58,969 nucleotides of DNA from Perkinsus olseni. Taxonomy: Eukaryota. The translations under genes and the position numbers were made by a program. Below the pieces are notes generated by a model. That model did not search any database, was not told the origin of the DNA, and saw nothing but the letters and a program-made list of their open reading frames with translations. Below, in pieces: positions 12,634 through 25,858 of this stretch (its first letter is position 1; each line of letters starts with the position of its first letter). The stretch covers positions 1-58,969 of the forward strand of contig JABANN010000160.1 in the NCBI GenBank assembly GCA_013115125.1. The letters are read 5' to 3'.

Positions 12634-13825
12634 TCGAATATCTCGACGGATAGCACCCAGCGTTGAGCGGTTATGGCTGTATTACTAACCGTGATACTTT
12701 CTGCTGTTTGATGATCCTCGTCTTCATGCGGGCACGGCTGCCCAGGCATTTCTGTACTATATGAACTTCACAAGTTGATGACTTGACAAAGCGTACCCAA
12801 GTGATCACTCCTGGGTCTGAAATGAGGGCTCTGATCATGACACCCGACCATACGTTAACTCCGTATGTCTCGCGGCGGATCGGAATCGCCCAGTCTTCCC
12901 GGAAGCCCGGGAAGACTCCTCCACAAGAGAATGTGGGTTACTTCTTCAAAAGCGCCGCCGATTGCCACGCCAGCCGTGGAGCCGTTGGATGCATACCTTT
13001 TAGCAGACTAGATCCGGTATGATATCGGCGAAATCGTTGCTCTGAGGTCCCAGTGGCCTCGCTGATGGTAAGGGCAACAGCCTTCGTCTATCGGAACCTC
13101 AGGAGTTTGGCGGTGGGTTGGTTTCCTGGACCTTTCGGGGTCTGGCTGGTTTAATCAATTACAACTCGGTTATTGATCGGAAAGCCGATCATGAGGTTTT
13201 CCTAGGACGCCTGAGACAGGCGGCACAATTCATGAACCGCCAGCGGTCATGAAGGCAGGTCTCGGGTTATTAGGACCGAAGTGACTCCGACGGAGTCAGT
13301 GCCGCTGAAGCATATTCTCGGAGTTTAATTTAGTCTTCGGAAAGCGATGGCTGACAGGCCTCAAATCACAATCCCGCGGGTGATTGACTCGATTAATGGC
13401 AGCGTCAGATATCAGTGAGTGCGGTCAGTACAGCTCGGTCCTCCATTGATCGCAATTTTTACCACTCGAAGGAGGCCTACATCGAAGCTGAAACCTGTGA
13501 GAAAAGGGACAACAGTCTTTATCCCATTCCCATTACTCAAGACCCTAGGCTTCCGCTGAAAGCCGCGCAGGCTTGGAATCTGCCGCGGGGCATTTTTCCT
13601 CTTGAGCAGGCAGTGGAAAGTTGGCATCTGGTGGTGGAGTTCTACGAGAAAGCTGCTGCTTGAAGTTGGTTCACCTCCACTATCTGCTATCCATCATGGA
13701 TGATCCATGCTTTGCGAATGAATGCACGGAGCGTGACGTTTTTCGCATGCTCTTAAAGTTCCGAGCCCAGCATGCCGAGTGAATGAGAGCCCTTCCTGAA
13801 CCTGAGGGCGTCGAAAGGCCTGCGC

Positions 13826-13859
13826 CGGTCTGTCAGACCGGGTCTGACCGGCCCGGTCA
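13826..13859. repeat. 22-nt scar, 8-mer cggtctga, plus an overlapping third odd palindrome
   Basis: cggtctg+tcagaccg+ggtctga (13826-13847); tgaccgg-c-ccggtca centred at 13852. Confidence 0.85.
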
Positions 13860-15339
13860 AATCGTGCTGGAACTCGCGATAACGAAAATCATCTTCACCA
13901 AAAAATCGCAGAGAGAATGAGTTACTTGCTACCTTACGTGGACTCTCGTGTTCTTCTCAGGCCGTTCTGTCCGCTCGACGAGTCTGCGGACCCGAGGAAG
14001 CCTCTGAGATCGGCATCATATTCGGCGGTCGTGACTTTGATAACAAGCCTTTAGAGGGAATCATTTCCGACTGTGCTACCATGGCAGTGAACGACTCAGT
14101 TTAACACGTTGCGGCGTATAGCTGCGTCACTCCCTTGGCTTGACCACTTTCCTCGTCCATTCTCTATTTATACATCATCCGATCTGTAGCATGTATATCG
14201 CTGTGTTTTAGCTCTATGTACGAAGCGGTGTACCCGTCGAGGACGGGATCGTAGTGGTAGTGCTATGGATATTCTAACGTTGTTCTTTCTATATTGATAT
14301 ATATCCTGACGAAGGGATGACAGCTCCGCTTGGTCAAGAGTGGGTAGATTCGTATTGGTAGGGGTAGGCATTAGGTTGATGTTCTCGGGTTACCATTGAA
14401 TTCGCAAGTGTGTGGTGTTGCATCACAGTAATTAGTGAGAGGGTGGGGGCTCATCTTCGAAGTTGAGTCTAAGGGTGAGATTGACGAGGGCGCTGCAGCT
14501 CCTCGGGATATGCTGCCCCTGCGCCTAACAGCGGTCTAGGTACTGCTGCCACGCTGGATTGAATGTTTGGGTAAATGTGGAAGATATCGTGTCTAAGAGA
14601 TAGCACCACTTCCCGCGGATAAGCTCCACCATAAGTGGCTAATGCGCTCGGACTGTAATTGTTACGCAGTCTCGAACCATGTCACATTGGTTGGCAGCTG
14701 ACATTCTACGCGTCGCGTCAGGGTCATGGGGCGCATCGCCGCCGTCAGGAACACGCCAAAGCATCCCTTTGCTGTATCACAGTTTTCCATGTCCTGGCGA
14801 AAAGAATCTGACCATTGGCGCGGTTCTTGGCAGCAGCGGGAATCTCGGAGCTCCGGCTGGCATGACTGGCGGCAGAGAGGCACTGAAAAGTGGGATGCTG
14901 ATAGAGGAGGGAGATATCCTGAGTATGGCCGGATTCGGGATAGTGCTGATAGATACTATCCAATATCGAATTCATAGAAATGAAGTATTTATGAAATGTA
15001 TGGTATAGACTTTGGAATAAAATGGAAAAAGTGAAACCGATGAAATAATTCGGTATATAAAGAAGAAAGATCGTTGAATTTATGCTATTTGTGATTCGTT
15101 CATAGTTGTCCATTTGTCGAAGCTCGATGTAAATTTTTAAGATTTATGAGAAATGCAATTTCAGTAAACATCTCCTGAATAGGGAGGCAATGCCGCACTG
15201 CCAATGCGTCTTCGAGCATAAGCATGCAGGTATCAGATCAGCGGGGACCAGCGGTATGAGTACAAAAGTGGCAGATCGGCTCCCTCATGGTAGTAGTCGC
15301 TCTTGTTGAGGTCTCACTGCTAGTAGTGGTGGTTTTAGG

Positions 15340-18300
15340 GAGAGCAATACTCGACAACCACGCTGGGATGAAGATAGGAGTTCTAGAGGAGGGTACTGGG
15401 AGGGAAATGTAGTACGAGACTGGAGGCAGATTGCGAAGGTTTCCTCTCTGGCAAGCGCAACCCTAGTCGCAGGCCTCATCGTACATTTCCTAGGGCCCCT
15501 AGGCTAGGGGCACACATCAATATTCTGTGCATTTCTTGGGATCCATCGCGAGAACTCCTAATGTTTCTCCAGGATACCACCGGTAACTACAATCAAGGTG
15601 CAGCCGACTGGAGTGGAGCGACTGGGCGATGGGCTGGCGGTGAGGGAGCCGCGGCGAACCGTATGGCTGCTACGGAGGTGATACAGATGCTGTTTCCCGC
15701 GTATTCGGTCAAGTGTGTGGCTGTTCAGAGTGGAGGTGGGGAGAATTCGTCTGTCCGATCGCGTGCACGGTCACGGTCTCGATCTCGCTCTAGTCCTAGG
15801 TGAGATCTTGCGCTGCTCTATGGGCATCATTGGGGGCGAAACTGGAGCTAGCGCGTCAGATACACGCGACAGAGGAGTCGTAGTCCCGATTACTCGTATG
15901 ATCAGCGGGATACCACACGATCGAGTGAAGAGGAGGGCTCGTCGGAGCCGGAGGAGAGCGAGTCCATGTCTCCAGAGGGGATGGTAATACGTCGCTTGGG
16001 CTTAGCTCGAGTCTTTCACCGGTGCTGTTGTCTCTCGGAAAATTCAATCTGGGTGGGAAGTGGTCCCTAGGATCGCTCAAGGATCCGCAGGTGCTCTGAC
16101 TGAGTGGATTTGTCGATGGATCGTCTATAGGTTGTTCGGAGGGAGGCTGGCGGGCTGCTGGAGTTCGACGCCCCCTGCACTGTTAAAGGCGTGGAGTCCT
16201 TCAGTGAAGAGGAGAAGAGAAAGTAGTAGTGATGGTGGGAAAAATCTGTAGAGAGAAGATCCTTCATCCCCAGGCTGGGTCGAATAACTACATGGGAGGA
16301 AGCAGTCGAGCGCGGCATTCTGCTGCAGAGTGTGGTCAACGCCCTTGAGGCCTCCGGGGTGAGTTCCTCCGTCCCGTTGTTGGACGAGTGGGATAGCTAT
16401 TGTGATTCCATCAGGCTGCCCGACCCACCCCGATCCAGCAGCATGCGATTCCTGTTATAGCCGGAGGCGTGGATGTGGTAGCAAGCGCTCAGACTGGCAC
16501 GGGTAAAAACAGTCAGTAGAGGATACCTCTTGGAGCCAGTTGTGCTACTATCAGGGAAGAGCCTAGCGTTCATTGCTCCCATAGTCTCGAAGATTGGTAA
16601 AATGTCTTCGACTGTTCCTCGACCCTTCTTTCCTGGGAGGTAAGACATCGTGTCAAACGATTCGTACGAACAACGCCAAGGACTGGCCCGAAGCATGACC
16701 GCGGTCGAGTCCCTCGATGGTCGACGTTGCGCGCTGTAGCAGTCGATTTCTGAAGAAGTGGGTGATCTTGGGATTGTGGTTCAGGATGGCCCAGGCTTCT
16801 CCGCTGTGTATGGTGTTGGCCCCGACCAGAGAGCTGGCGATGCAATTGGTGAAAGACTTCGAGGTGAAGTGCCCTGCTGTTGGTGGAAGCTCGTGGATTC
16901 TTCGTTCGTCAGTCATGCTCTGTGAGTCTGGAAAAGGGAGAGATGTGTCGCACGAAGGCTGCTTATGGCGGGGAGACCGCATCGCGTCAGGTGAGGTGGA
17001 ATGTTCTGAAACGCGGGATGCCTCCGTTGCCCGTAGGCTGATCGCATCTGTGCAGAACAGCTCGATGTATTGGTTGCAACCCCGGGGAGACTTCTCGAGT
17101 TCAACGAGACGGGGAGGGTAATGGTGGCAATTTCCTCGTCCTCGTGGCTTGGTGATGAGTCTGCAGGTGTCCCTGGGGTACGTCAAGTTCCTCGTGTTGG
17201 ACGAGGCTGACCAGATGCTCTCGATGGGGCTTGAGGTGAGGAGTGCTATCCGTTTGTGATATATATTTTACTTCGAGATTCGTTGATAGAAAATAGGCGT
17301 CTACTGAATCAGTGTGCGGCGTCTCGGGTGTCAACTGTCTCCTTCTTCAGGCGTATGTTAATAATATATTAATGGAGACCGACCTGACGGAACCCAACGG
17401 CCGCCAGACACTTCTGTTCTCCGCGACCATTGACAATCCTAATTTAAAGCCATGGCTCGAGGGAGAGGTACGGCCTTCACAACTCCCTGCTGTTCCTGAT
17501 ATCCTCAGCCAGACCCTTCTCCGGAAGCAGCGGGTCACCATTGCCGTTGGACGAGGGCGAGGAGCTGGCGGTGCTGGAGGAGGAATGCGATGCAATGTTG
17601 CCCAGTCTGTTCGGGTGTTGAGATCGGACCAGGCCAAAGACCAAGCGCTTTGGGAAGATCTAGCGAAGCTCGACATTGCCAGCGGAGAGCAGGTCAGTAC
17701 TCCCAAGTTCGAAAGTCAAGGAAGATTCTGGAAATAGTTCGACTGATGGCTGTGTCGCCTGGGCGATCAATACAGGAACGAACGCAGTTATCGGGACCGG
17801 GCTTCGCTCTTGCCGTTGGGAGGTGCTCGTGAGCCTCTACCGTTGATTCGGCGCGGTGTGCTGTCTCCGCCCTCGCACTTGCGTTGTTCTCTCAACTAAC
17901 CTTAGGCCATTATTTTCGTGTCATCTCGTGATCGAGGCAAGGACCTCCATAAGCGTATATGCGGAAGTGGGAAGCTGTGCTGCGGTCTATTACAGGGCAA
18001 GCAACTGCAGACTGTCCGGGAGGAGGTTGTCAGGAGGTGGGATGTGATAATTAGGGGCGGTTGTGGAGATGTTTCCCTATCTTCGGAGTTCCTCGGTCGT
18101 GGGTCGCGATGATTTGTTGAGCATCTTCTGGTGCTCTGGACCGAAGGCGGTCAGCCTCGGAGCTCCTTCGGACTATTTCAAAGCGACGTTGGAGTTGGAC
18201 AGTCACTCTGACATCAGCGGCTGATGTCAGAGTGACTGTCCAACCCCTGTGAAATTGACTCACTCAGCAAGGAACACATAAACTAACGCTGTAACGCTGT

Positions 18301-20480
18301 TAGGCTAATAGCGTTATCACTTCTGCGAGGGATTGATTCGCTACCAGAGTTTCCCTAATATAATATTTCCGAGCACATCACAGACGAGTATAATTCTATC
18401 ATTTTTCGTGCCTCGGGAGGTTCATCGATACTTTTCTCGCCTGGTGACCGAGGCTCGGAAGTTGCCCGCCGGAAATCATGCCACTGATGTTTCAGTGGGC
18501 AATCACCATGGCCACCGCGCTCGGTTCGCTGGATATCTGCTTCAGGGATATAGCGACGGAAGCAAACACGACCGAATGAAGGGAGGATTGATCCATGAGG
18601 ATGGACCTTCATATAACAGTATTGCTACCATCTTTCGGGCCACCAGTCGGTAGCGACTATGCCGTATGAAGTTCGGGACTTGAAGTATCTGCCCTTCATG
18701 CTGAACGAGGGGACTTCCTACTGGCATGATTTTCCCGGCGACGTTGAAAGTGGAACCCCGAATTAGTCGGAACAGGGGGGTATACGGTGCTGGGTGACCT
18801 CGTTTGGGCTTCTCACAACATCTATCTACTGCTTGGGGACACTCGGCCCGGAGGACTGGCGGGGTGTATGTTGAGTATGCCGACCAGCTATGCAAGGACC
18901 TTGCAACAACGCTTGGTGGGCCGTCATAAACTCCGGGGGGAACGTCGTTCCAGCCACGTCGTTTCAGTCCCTCTGAGAGATTCCCGCAGAGGTCGGCGGT
19001 TCTCTCGCCAGAGAGGGGGCTATCCGGGATCATCCGGTAGTTGCCCAGCTCGTCTACCGTCTCCGATCCCGTTAAAATTAGAGACGAGCAAGACTTTTTT
19101 CACTCGATAAGTTGACAAGGATGACGAGGAGCCGCTGGTGATTGACGTCGACCCCCGACCTCGACGGTCATTTCCGCCCATCCCCACCACTGTTTCCCGC
19201 CTCCCCTGACCAGCTTGGAGATAGCCAGACGGGTCCCCTCGTTGACAAGGCGATTGAGGCCTTCAGGGGCCGTCAGTACAATCAAGCTAGACTTTTTTCA
19301 CTCGATAAGATGCACGAAACCTCGAGCATGGTCGGGGTCTACCTACTCCTCACTGGGTTGAGGAATTCACGCGCGGTCGCGTTCGCGATGAACTGAATTA
19401 AGTTCCCCGTTCTCGGCAGTCTTTAACATATATCGGGATGCGTGGCATGTGATTCGTGGACCGTCGAAGGGAACCGAGCGCAATCCAGCTGTTCATCCTC
19501 ACGAGCGGGGCTTACTGTTAGCAATGATGCGTAACCCCGAGCTGTCGCTTATCCATCACATTCTTGATAGCAGTGTTGTTGGCGTTTCGTTCTCTTGGCT
19601 CCGGCGTTGCGTCCTAGGTGCCAACTAGAGTGTGTTGCGTCGGCGTAACGAGCCCGGGGACCCCCGGTTGCCGCCTGTCGTCTCTCCCGCAAGCGTTGTA
19701 GTTTCACTCACGGGGTGGCGTAGCTCGATAGTCTGCTCTTCACTTATAACTCTCCCTTGTTCAGATTCCGTGCCAACGAAGATCAAGTCCTGGTGTCGAC
19801 CAGCGTTGCAGCCAGAGGCCTGGACTTCCCAAATGTGACATTAGTAATTAATTACGATATGCCAGAGAGTAAGGCCAACAACATTTGCTCTGTGCGTCTT
19901 CCGATCGTTTTCGCGCCAGTGGACACTGTGAACTGCACTTACTATTTATGGTGTGCAGGTATTGAGACGTACACGCATCGGATCGGTCGGACGGGCCGCA
20001 TCGGTCACGAGGGCCGCGCTGTCGCCTACTACAATCCGGCAAGCAAGGACCGACGGATTGGTGAGGCCTTAATAAGCTTTCTGAGGAAATATAACCAACC
20101 GGTTAGCGAGGAGCTCGAGGCTGCTGTTCGGCCGAGACGGGTGAGGGGAACTGCCTGGACTCTCTTCGGTCAGCTCGTGGATGCCACAGGGATGCTTTTC
20201 TTGTTTCAGCACAACTTTAGAAGACAGTATCAAGGATATAGATCTGACCGTAGCGGACCAGGTGAGGAATGGTGGGATACGGAAGAGGGGATTTTTGCAC
20301 ATGTCGACCCAAGTTCAAAGAGCATACCAATTCCGCTATCATTCGTCAGGGCCTTCACCCTCTAGCGATCGGTGGAGTTATGGTAGTTCGAGACAGCTAG
20401 ATCGTTCGCAAGAGCGTAGTGGCCATCGCCGTCCCGAGAGGGATAGGTCGGATGGGTCGTCTCGGTACCGCTCATGGTGA
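15340..20480 (+). CDS. DEAD-box RNA helicase (Ded1/DDX3/Vasa-like), multi-exon, start uncertain
   Basis: Motifs: Q motif PTPIQQHAIP, motif I AQTGTGKS (split by an intron), Ia LAPTRELAMQ, Ib ATPGRL, II VLDEADQML, III LFSAT, IV AIIFVSS (17906-18036), V STSVAARGLDFPNV, VI YTHRIGRTGRIG. Both termini are R/S/G-rich. Confidence 0.92.
15489..15510. repeat. 22-nt scar, 8-mer cctagggg
   Basis: cctaggg+cccctagg+ctagggg. Confidence 0.85.
18194..18244. repeat. Perfect palindrome, 25-bp arms, 1-nt centre, in helicase intron
   Basis: gttggacagtcactctgacatcagc-g-gctgatgtcagagtgactgtccaac. Confidence 0.95.
19091..19309. repeat. 21-nt direct repeats flanking 177 nt in helicase intron
   Basis: agacttttttcactcgataag at 19091-19111 and 19289-19309. 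Confidence 0.85.
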
Positions 20481-20818
20481 TCGAGAGAGACTCCCGTGTA
20501 ACGATAAGGTTTCTACTGGTTCTGTTGGTTGTCGAGCTGCCCAGACACGAGATCTCCAACTTGTTTAGATTGTACTGGAGTCGGAAGCGAGTGGGTTACA
20601 CTCTCCCTTGTATTAACAATCTAGGGCTGGAGACGAAAGCAGGCCCTGAAAGGGCCTCCTCTCGAACCTGAGGAGATGTTATTCGCTCTGTGTTGCCCGT
20701 AGGGTTGCTGATGCCAAGACCCCCCTCATACGAATAAGTCTGCTCTGGGTGACTCTTATTAGAAGGAGCTAGTTTTCTACTTTGACGATTGGTATCCCAT
20801 TCTCTCGAACTGCTTGCT

Positions 20819-22483
20819 ATGGCGGATTCTCCACGGTTTACGGAGTTTGTCTCACGAGTCGCTGCGGACCCCCTAGCACGGCTGGTTGTCATCAGCAGCG
20901 GAGGGACTACGGTGGCCCTGGAACGTCGAACTGTGAGGTGAGCCCTTCTCGCCTGCACTCAACGAGAGATAATAGCATGGTTTTGAAAAAAAATCGGAAC
21001 TGAAGAATTTCTGGTCGCGGAGCTGAGATGTGTCGATGTTCATGTTTCGCTTCGTGTAGGTTTTTGGAAAATTTCTCGACGGGAAATAGGGGAGCGGGCA
21101 TGGCCGAGAGTTTCATCATGATGAATGAAGAACCGTCGTCCAGTAAATACTACGTGGTTTATTTCCATCGGAAAGGTGAGGGATGATTCTCGAGTTTTAT
21201 TGGCGAGATCCGATCCAACCAGGTGGCAGCTGCGCTATGCCTTTCGTTCGTCACCTCCCTGACGCAACGGAACAGCTGGAGTTGATGAGCACGGGAGATC
21301 AGGGTTTGCAGTTCGACTCCTATATACAGGTAACACAAGGCAAGACAGTTTGCGATGGCTGATTGTGTAGAGAATGATGGTGTTTTCAGGCTCGCTCTTC
21401 GTCAGACGTTTTAAGTCGCTATCTGCTTTGTGTGGAATTCTCTAGTGTCACTGAGTAAGATCCGCACCACGTCGCGCTCATCGCTGCTTCGACAACTCGA
21501 AATAGCACTACCGCCCAACCGGTGAGGGGATAGAGCCCCACTAGATAGCCAATGCCAAAGGCACATGCGCGCGCCACAAGTTGTGGCCCACAACAATGCA
21601 TGCACACGAATGAGAGATCTTATCGACTCTATACCGCTGCTTCGAGCAATATGAACTCTTTAGACGCTTCTTCCGCCCGGCCGCTTGGATCAGTGTATGG
21701 TTCGCTCGGTCTCCTGTGGACAGCTGTCCCCCGCGGAGCCGAAAGTGTCATTGGTTCAGTTGAACGCGGCACCGATGGTCATGCTAGCTGTTGTAGTTAC
21801 CTGAGTTCCCTTGAGAAGATCGCGAAGATTGTTAACCCCCTGGGCCCTCGGGCAGCACTAATACTAGCTGCTGCGGTATCCGACTTCTACGTGCCTCTCG
21901 ACCAAATGCCGGAGAATAAGATCCAGAGCGGCGCACATCAGGAAGACGGCCTCACGCTGCACCTCACGGGTGTTCCGAAAGTTCTGGGCCGCGTGAAGGG
22001 GACGTGGTGTCCGCAAGCGCTGGTCGGCCATTGGAGCTGCGACGTACGAGTCGAATCCTTCTCCTTGTAGGTCGTCTCGTTTAAGTTGGAGACCGAGCCT
22101 GACATACTTTTCGAGAAGGCTAGCGGGGCGATCGAGAAATACGGCGTTGATGCTGTGGTCGCGAACGTTTTGGAGGTAACGAGTTCGAGGACCCGGGGTC
22201 GATCCCGAGGCTCGGCATTATTCGTCCGAGACGCACTTGGCTCTGGCTGAATTTCTCTGTCGCTCAGTCGCGATACCGGAAGCTTTGGATAGTCCGCGGA
22301 GCAAAGAGCGTCGACACCTATCGTGATTACACGACGCGACTCATTACCAAGCCAGAATCTGAAGGTGATCTATCGGCTGTAGTCTGCTGTACAGCTACCT
22401 CCATCGTGTCAGATATCGAAGGGGTGCTAGTCAAAGCTCTCCAGGAACTTCATACTCATCATATACAGCGCGCTTCACAGTGA
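20819..22483 (+). CDS. PPCS: Phosphopantothenate--cysteine ligase (CoaB/PPCS), multi-exon
   Basis: LVVISSGGTTVALERRTVR, FLENFSTGNRGA, LILAAAVSDFYVP..MPENKIQS, VPKVL, VVSFKLETEPDIL, YGVDAVVANVLE; ends HIQRASQ*. Confidence 0.93.
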
Positions 22484-22659
22484 CTTTCTTTTATTCAACC
22501 TTCAGCCTCATCACGTCGGTTCTGCGTTGTGAGATTGGGGGTGGTTCATAGTACCACTAGATGCCATGGTTCCCACGTTGGTGCTGAGCTGGCGAGGTCG
22601 GGCTTATCCGATCTTCAGCACAAAGCCACTTGTTTTTTATCGTCGGTCATGTCGGCAGA

Positions 22660-23429
22660 GCGGCGATGTTCTGGGCAGCTAGGGAGTGAATGGGAGTATC
22701 ACCAAACCCAATGGTACTCCTCGACGGCCCCAACGACGGCTCATCACTGGTGCTAGGTACAAGCGTATGATGCGGGACGCCAAGTTACGGAACGCATATC
22801 AGAGTGAATGCTTTGTCGACCTCATGCGAGAGTATGGGCGGAAGGCAACTGACGCGGCAAGTCCTGGTCCGGTGAGCAACACATTACATTGCGATGCTGA
22901 GGATAGCACAGAGGGCCGACAGATTGGGCCAGGTGAGACCTTGTTGTCGGAGGGACTCCTTCGATGCTTCGCTTGTGGATAGGCTCATCGAGTATCGAGT
23001 CCTCGCTGCTCTCGTCGAGCACGCCTCATGTCGCTGAGGCGGTGAATCAGAAGAACGAGGCGATGACGATGTTATTGAGGGATCTCCAAGAGGAGATAAG
23101 ATGCCGAGATTCTGAGTTGGCCCATACTCGTCAGGAGCTGGCGGAGAGAGTAGAGGAAAATGCCAAACTCGTGGCGCAAGGTGGGGATTTTTACTCTGGT
23201 CGAGGCCGTGGAGAATTGCGTGGTCCTTTCAGGTGAATCATTGGAGGCGGCCGTTGAGTTCAAGTCGAGTGAGGTTGCACGTATGCGTCAGGAAATAGAA
23301 GTGCTGAGTGAGCAGTTGGACTTCTTTAAGAAGTGCGGTGTCGGGGACGAGTGGACTCTTGTTGACTATGAAGAGGCTCACCAGTCGACTCCTCCCAAAG
23401 ACGATGGCCTGGATAATCGGTCGCCCTAG
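22660..23429 (+). CDS. Hypothetical coiled-coil protein, multi-exon
   Basis: Overlapping ORF pieces joined by GT-AG introns. The heptad-like stretch LLRDLQEEIRCRDSELAHTRQELAERVEENAKL is present. Confidence 0.5.
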
Positions 23430-24339
23430 CTGGGACCTGGCGTTTCAGGTTTCAGGACCACCTCGGCGTAGTTCGACCACCAAAAGCATGAGGTTGATAT
23501 TATATTTAGAGTACAATTCGGAAAACCATTAACTATTCTAGTAGTTGTCTCCGTGCTTTGCGTTAGTTCGAGTCTCTCAAATCGCAAATGCATGGAAGAC
23601 TGTACTAGAGGTTAGCAACCGTTACTGGGCTTCAGGAATGGACAATAGTGCGGAGTACGTCTCAAACGACAGACCTAGTAGGGGTACAGGGGCCAATACG
23701 AAAGTGAATTAAAATTGTTGCATCTTTTGTAAGAATGCATCAGTCAAAACGTATAGACGCTATACGCGATTTGTGGTTGATGCGGTAGTGCACTCCTTTT
23801 CGAACGGCCCCTGTTAATGTATAGAAAGACCTGAACAAGGCCCTCTCTCGGTGGGTAGAACGTCTTCGGAGGTGCCAGCAAAGAGCATTGAAGGAAACTA
23901 TCGAACCCTCGAAGCACTCCGCCATCGAGCCTTTGGTCGCAAATATACCCCGCAAAGGGCAGTGAGGTCACGCTTCCAGTCGCTTGAAGTCGTTGATTTG
24001 ACTCGCAATCGGGCCACTGTGAGCGTACTTGTTCTTCGGTGTTGTGAAAGTGGCGACCGGCACCACTGAGATGTCCCGCAAAAATGAGAAAATCACCATC
24101 ATCGCGACAGTCGCGTTTCATAGCCTCGGAAATGAGCAGCAAGAGTGATATAATGGATGAAGCAAGACTAGCTACACTAAAACGAGTTTCCTCGTGAGCG
24201 CACCGATTACGTGGCTTTAATGAAGACAGCCCCTGTGAGTGGTTGCCTGAGTGTCAATTCCCGCATGAAAGCGCCGAGCCGATACCGCCAAGCTTGTTCT
24301 TCGTGAATCACGTTATAAAGACGACCTCACGAGACCTCA

Positions 24340-24967
24340 GTTCGCTGACTAAGTCAAGTGGTGCCGGCTTTCTGCCTGTCGTCCCTCACCTCTTGCCGGC
24401 ACTACCACAGACCAGTACGAGTCAAAATGGAAAACTTAACGGCCCACAAGCTGGGCATAGAGACGTCGCTATACTCTGGCCGCCTACAACGCAGGTGACT
24501 CCAGCACCGCGTTACTCGTGATCCAGCACCCCGTTACTCGTGATCCAGTACCGCGCTACTCGTGATCCAGTACCGCGTTACGCGTTACGGAATGAGAACA
24601 AGCCCGGGGACAGAGGGTCCCTCTGTCCCCGGGCTTGTTCTCATTCCGTGAGTCCGCAGGCGAGCAGGTTGAAATTGACTACCGCGTATCCTCTGACGAC
24701 CTTGTCGATGTCCGCGTTGGTTGTCGCGGACTGGATGGTGTTCGCGCAACCTTTAAGTTGGTTGGAATCACGAGTCCCCGCAACATTTACTTTCTGTTTC
24801 CTCATGAAGGCAGCTCTCACCCGACTTTCCTGAATCAGGTAATACACCTGTGCGGAGAAGTGAGAGGTTTTTTCGATTCAATCAACTTCGCTGACCAGAA
24901 CAGGCTCTATGCGCCCTTCTCGCTCGACGGCCGACTTTCATCACAATTGCCTCTGGACAGGGTCTGA
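24340..24967 (+). CDS. Hypothetical lineage-specific protein, 5' end uncertain
   Basis: RRYTLAAYNA-G|EQVEIDYRV splices in frame across the phase-1 intron 24495-24659 into ORF 24635..24967. Confidence 0.45.
24495..24583 (+). repeat. Minisatellite, 4 x 22-23 nt, starting at the intron donor
   Basis: Unit gtgatccag(c/t)accgcgttactc, head to tail with no spacers. Confidence 0.9.
24587..24649. repeat. Perfect palindrome, 31-bp arms, 1-nt centre, intronic
   Basis: acggaatgagaacaagcccggggacagaggg-t-ccctctgtccccgggcttgttctcattccgt. Confidence 0.95.
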
Positions 24968-25061
24968 GGCAATGAGAGACGATACTTCAGTGATACCGAA
25001 TTTTTTAGTTTTGCTGGCAGCGAGTCGGCTTCATCAAATATTCTGGCCGCGGCTGATGTAA

Positions 25062-25656
25062 GTCTGGCGGCCAGACTCTGGCCGTTCAAGTGGCTCTCTG
25101 TACTCATTTTTCTGCCACTGCACTTTTCAGTTGTAAATCCTTTTCATTATTTCGTCCGTGTTCAGAGTACGTCACTCCCTCAGTAGAGTATGGCGTGTCG
25201 CTCAAACCTGTGCTCAGACTCAGTCTGACAGACTGCATATGTGTCTGCCGCGGTACTGCAGTTCCCTTTGGAAAAAACACTCGCGGCCGCGATGCTGAGG
25301 GTAGCTTAAATATTCGTAAATGACGAATCGTCATTCCTCAAGATAGATCTCAGCAGCACCAGGCCTACTCTGAGGATGCTACTCGTAGCCACGTCATTCT
25401 CGCCTCTATCTTGCCCTTTCTGTGCAAGGCATGAACAAGTTTTGTAAGCAGTCAGATAGAGGGCACGTATGGCTCAGTCCGTCTACCCCATTTCGGTATG
25501 GAAGTTTCTTCAAGAAGGGCATATGATTGTAGAAGAGGTTCTTATGTCTTTGACACGCTCTTCGATCGGCTATCATTACTACGCAGTACAAGGCTTTCTT
25601 CAGCGGTTGACCCTCTCTTGCGTTCTTCGAATGCATCACTCTGAGTGATTCACTCA
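25062..25656. repeat. Three 22-nt scars (25062-25083 gtctggcc; 25214-25235 tcagactg; 25635-25656 atcactca)
   Basis: gtctggc+ggccagac+tctggcc; tcagact+cagtctga+cagactg; atcactc+tgagtgat+tcactca. Confidence 0.85.
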
Positions 25657-25858
25657 ATTATCTCGTACTGTATTGGCATCGGTATGGCCGTGCTACCATT
25701 CTTCACGAGGAGCGTAACTCACTTGGAGCCTGGAAGGGACTTGCTGCCAGACGGAGCGTCCGAAAATCGGATTCCGAATGCGCAAATCATTGCCGAAGAT
25801 TTGTTGCTATACTTCCTTAAAGGAAGTTTCTTTAGGTATTTGACGTTGATAATCCTCT

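Noticed and set aside
12776-12834. C/D box snoRNA candidates (TGATGA...CTGA here and at ~33812, ~5978, ~7134)
   Set aside because: The boxes are short and common, and I could not verify an rRNA guide of 10 nt or more or a terminal stem without a search.
24495-24583. CRISPR-like array
   Set aside because: Units are head to tail with no unique spacers, there are no cas genes, and the context is a eukaryotic intron.
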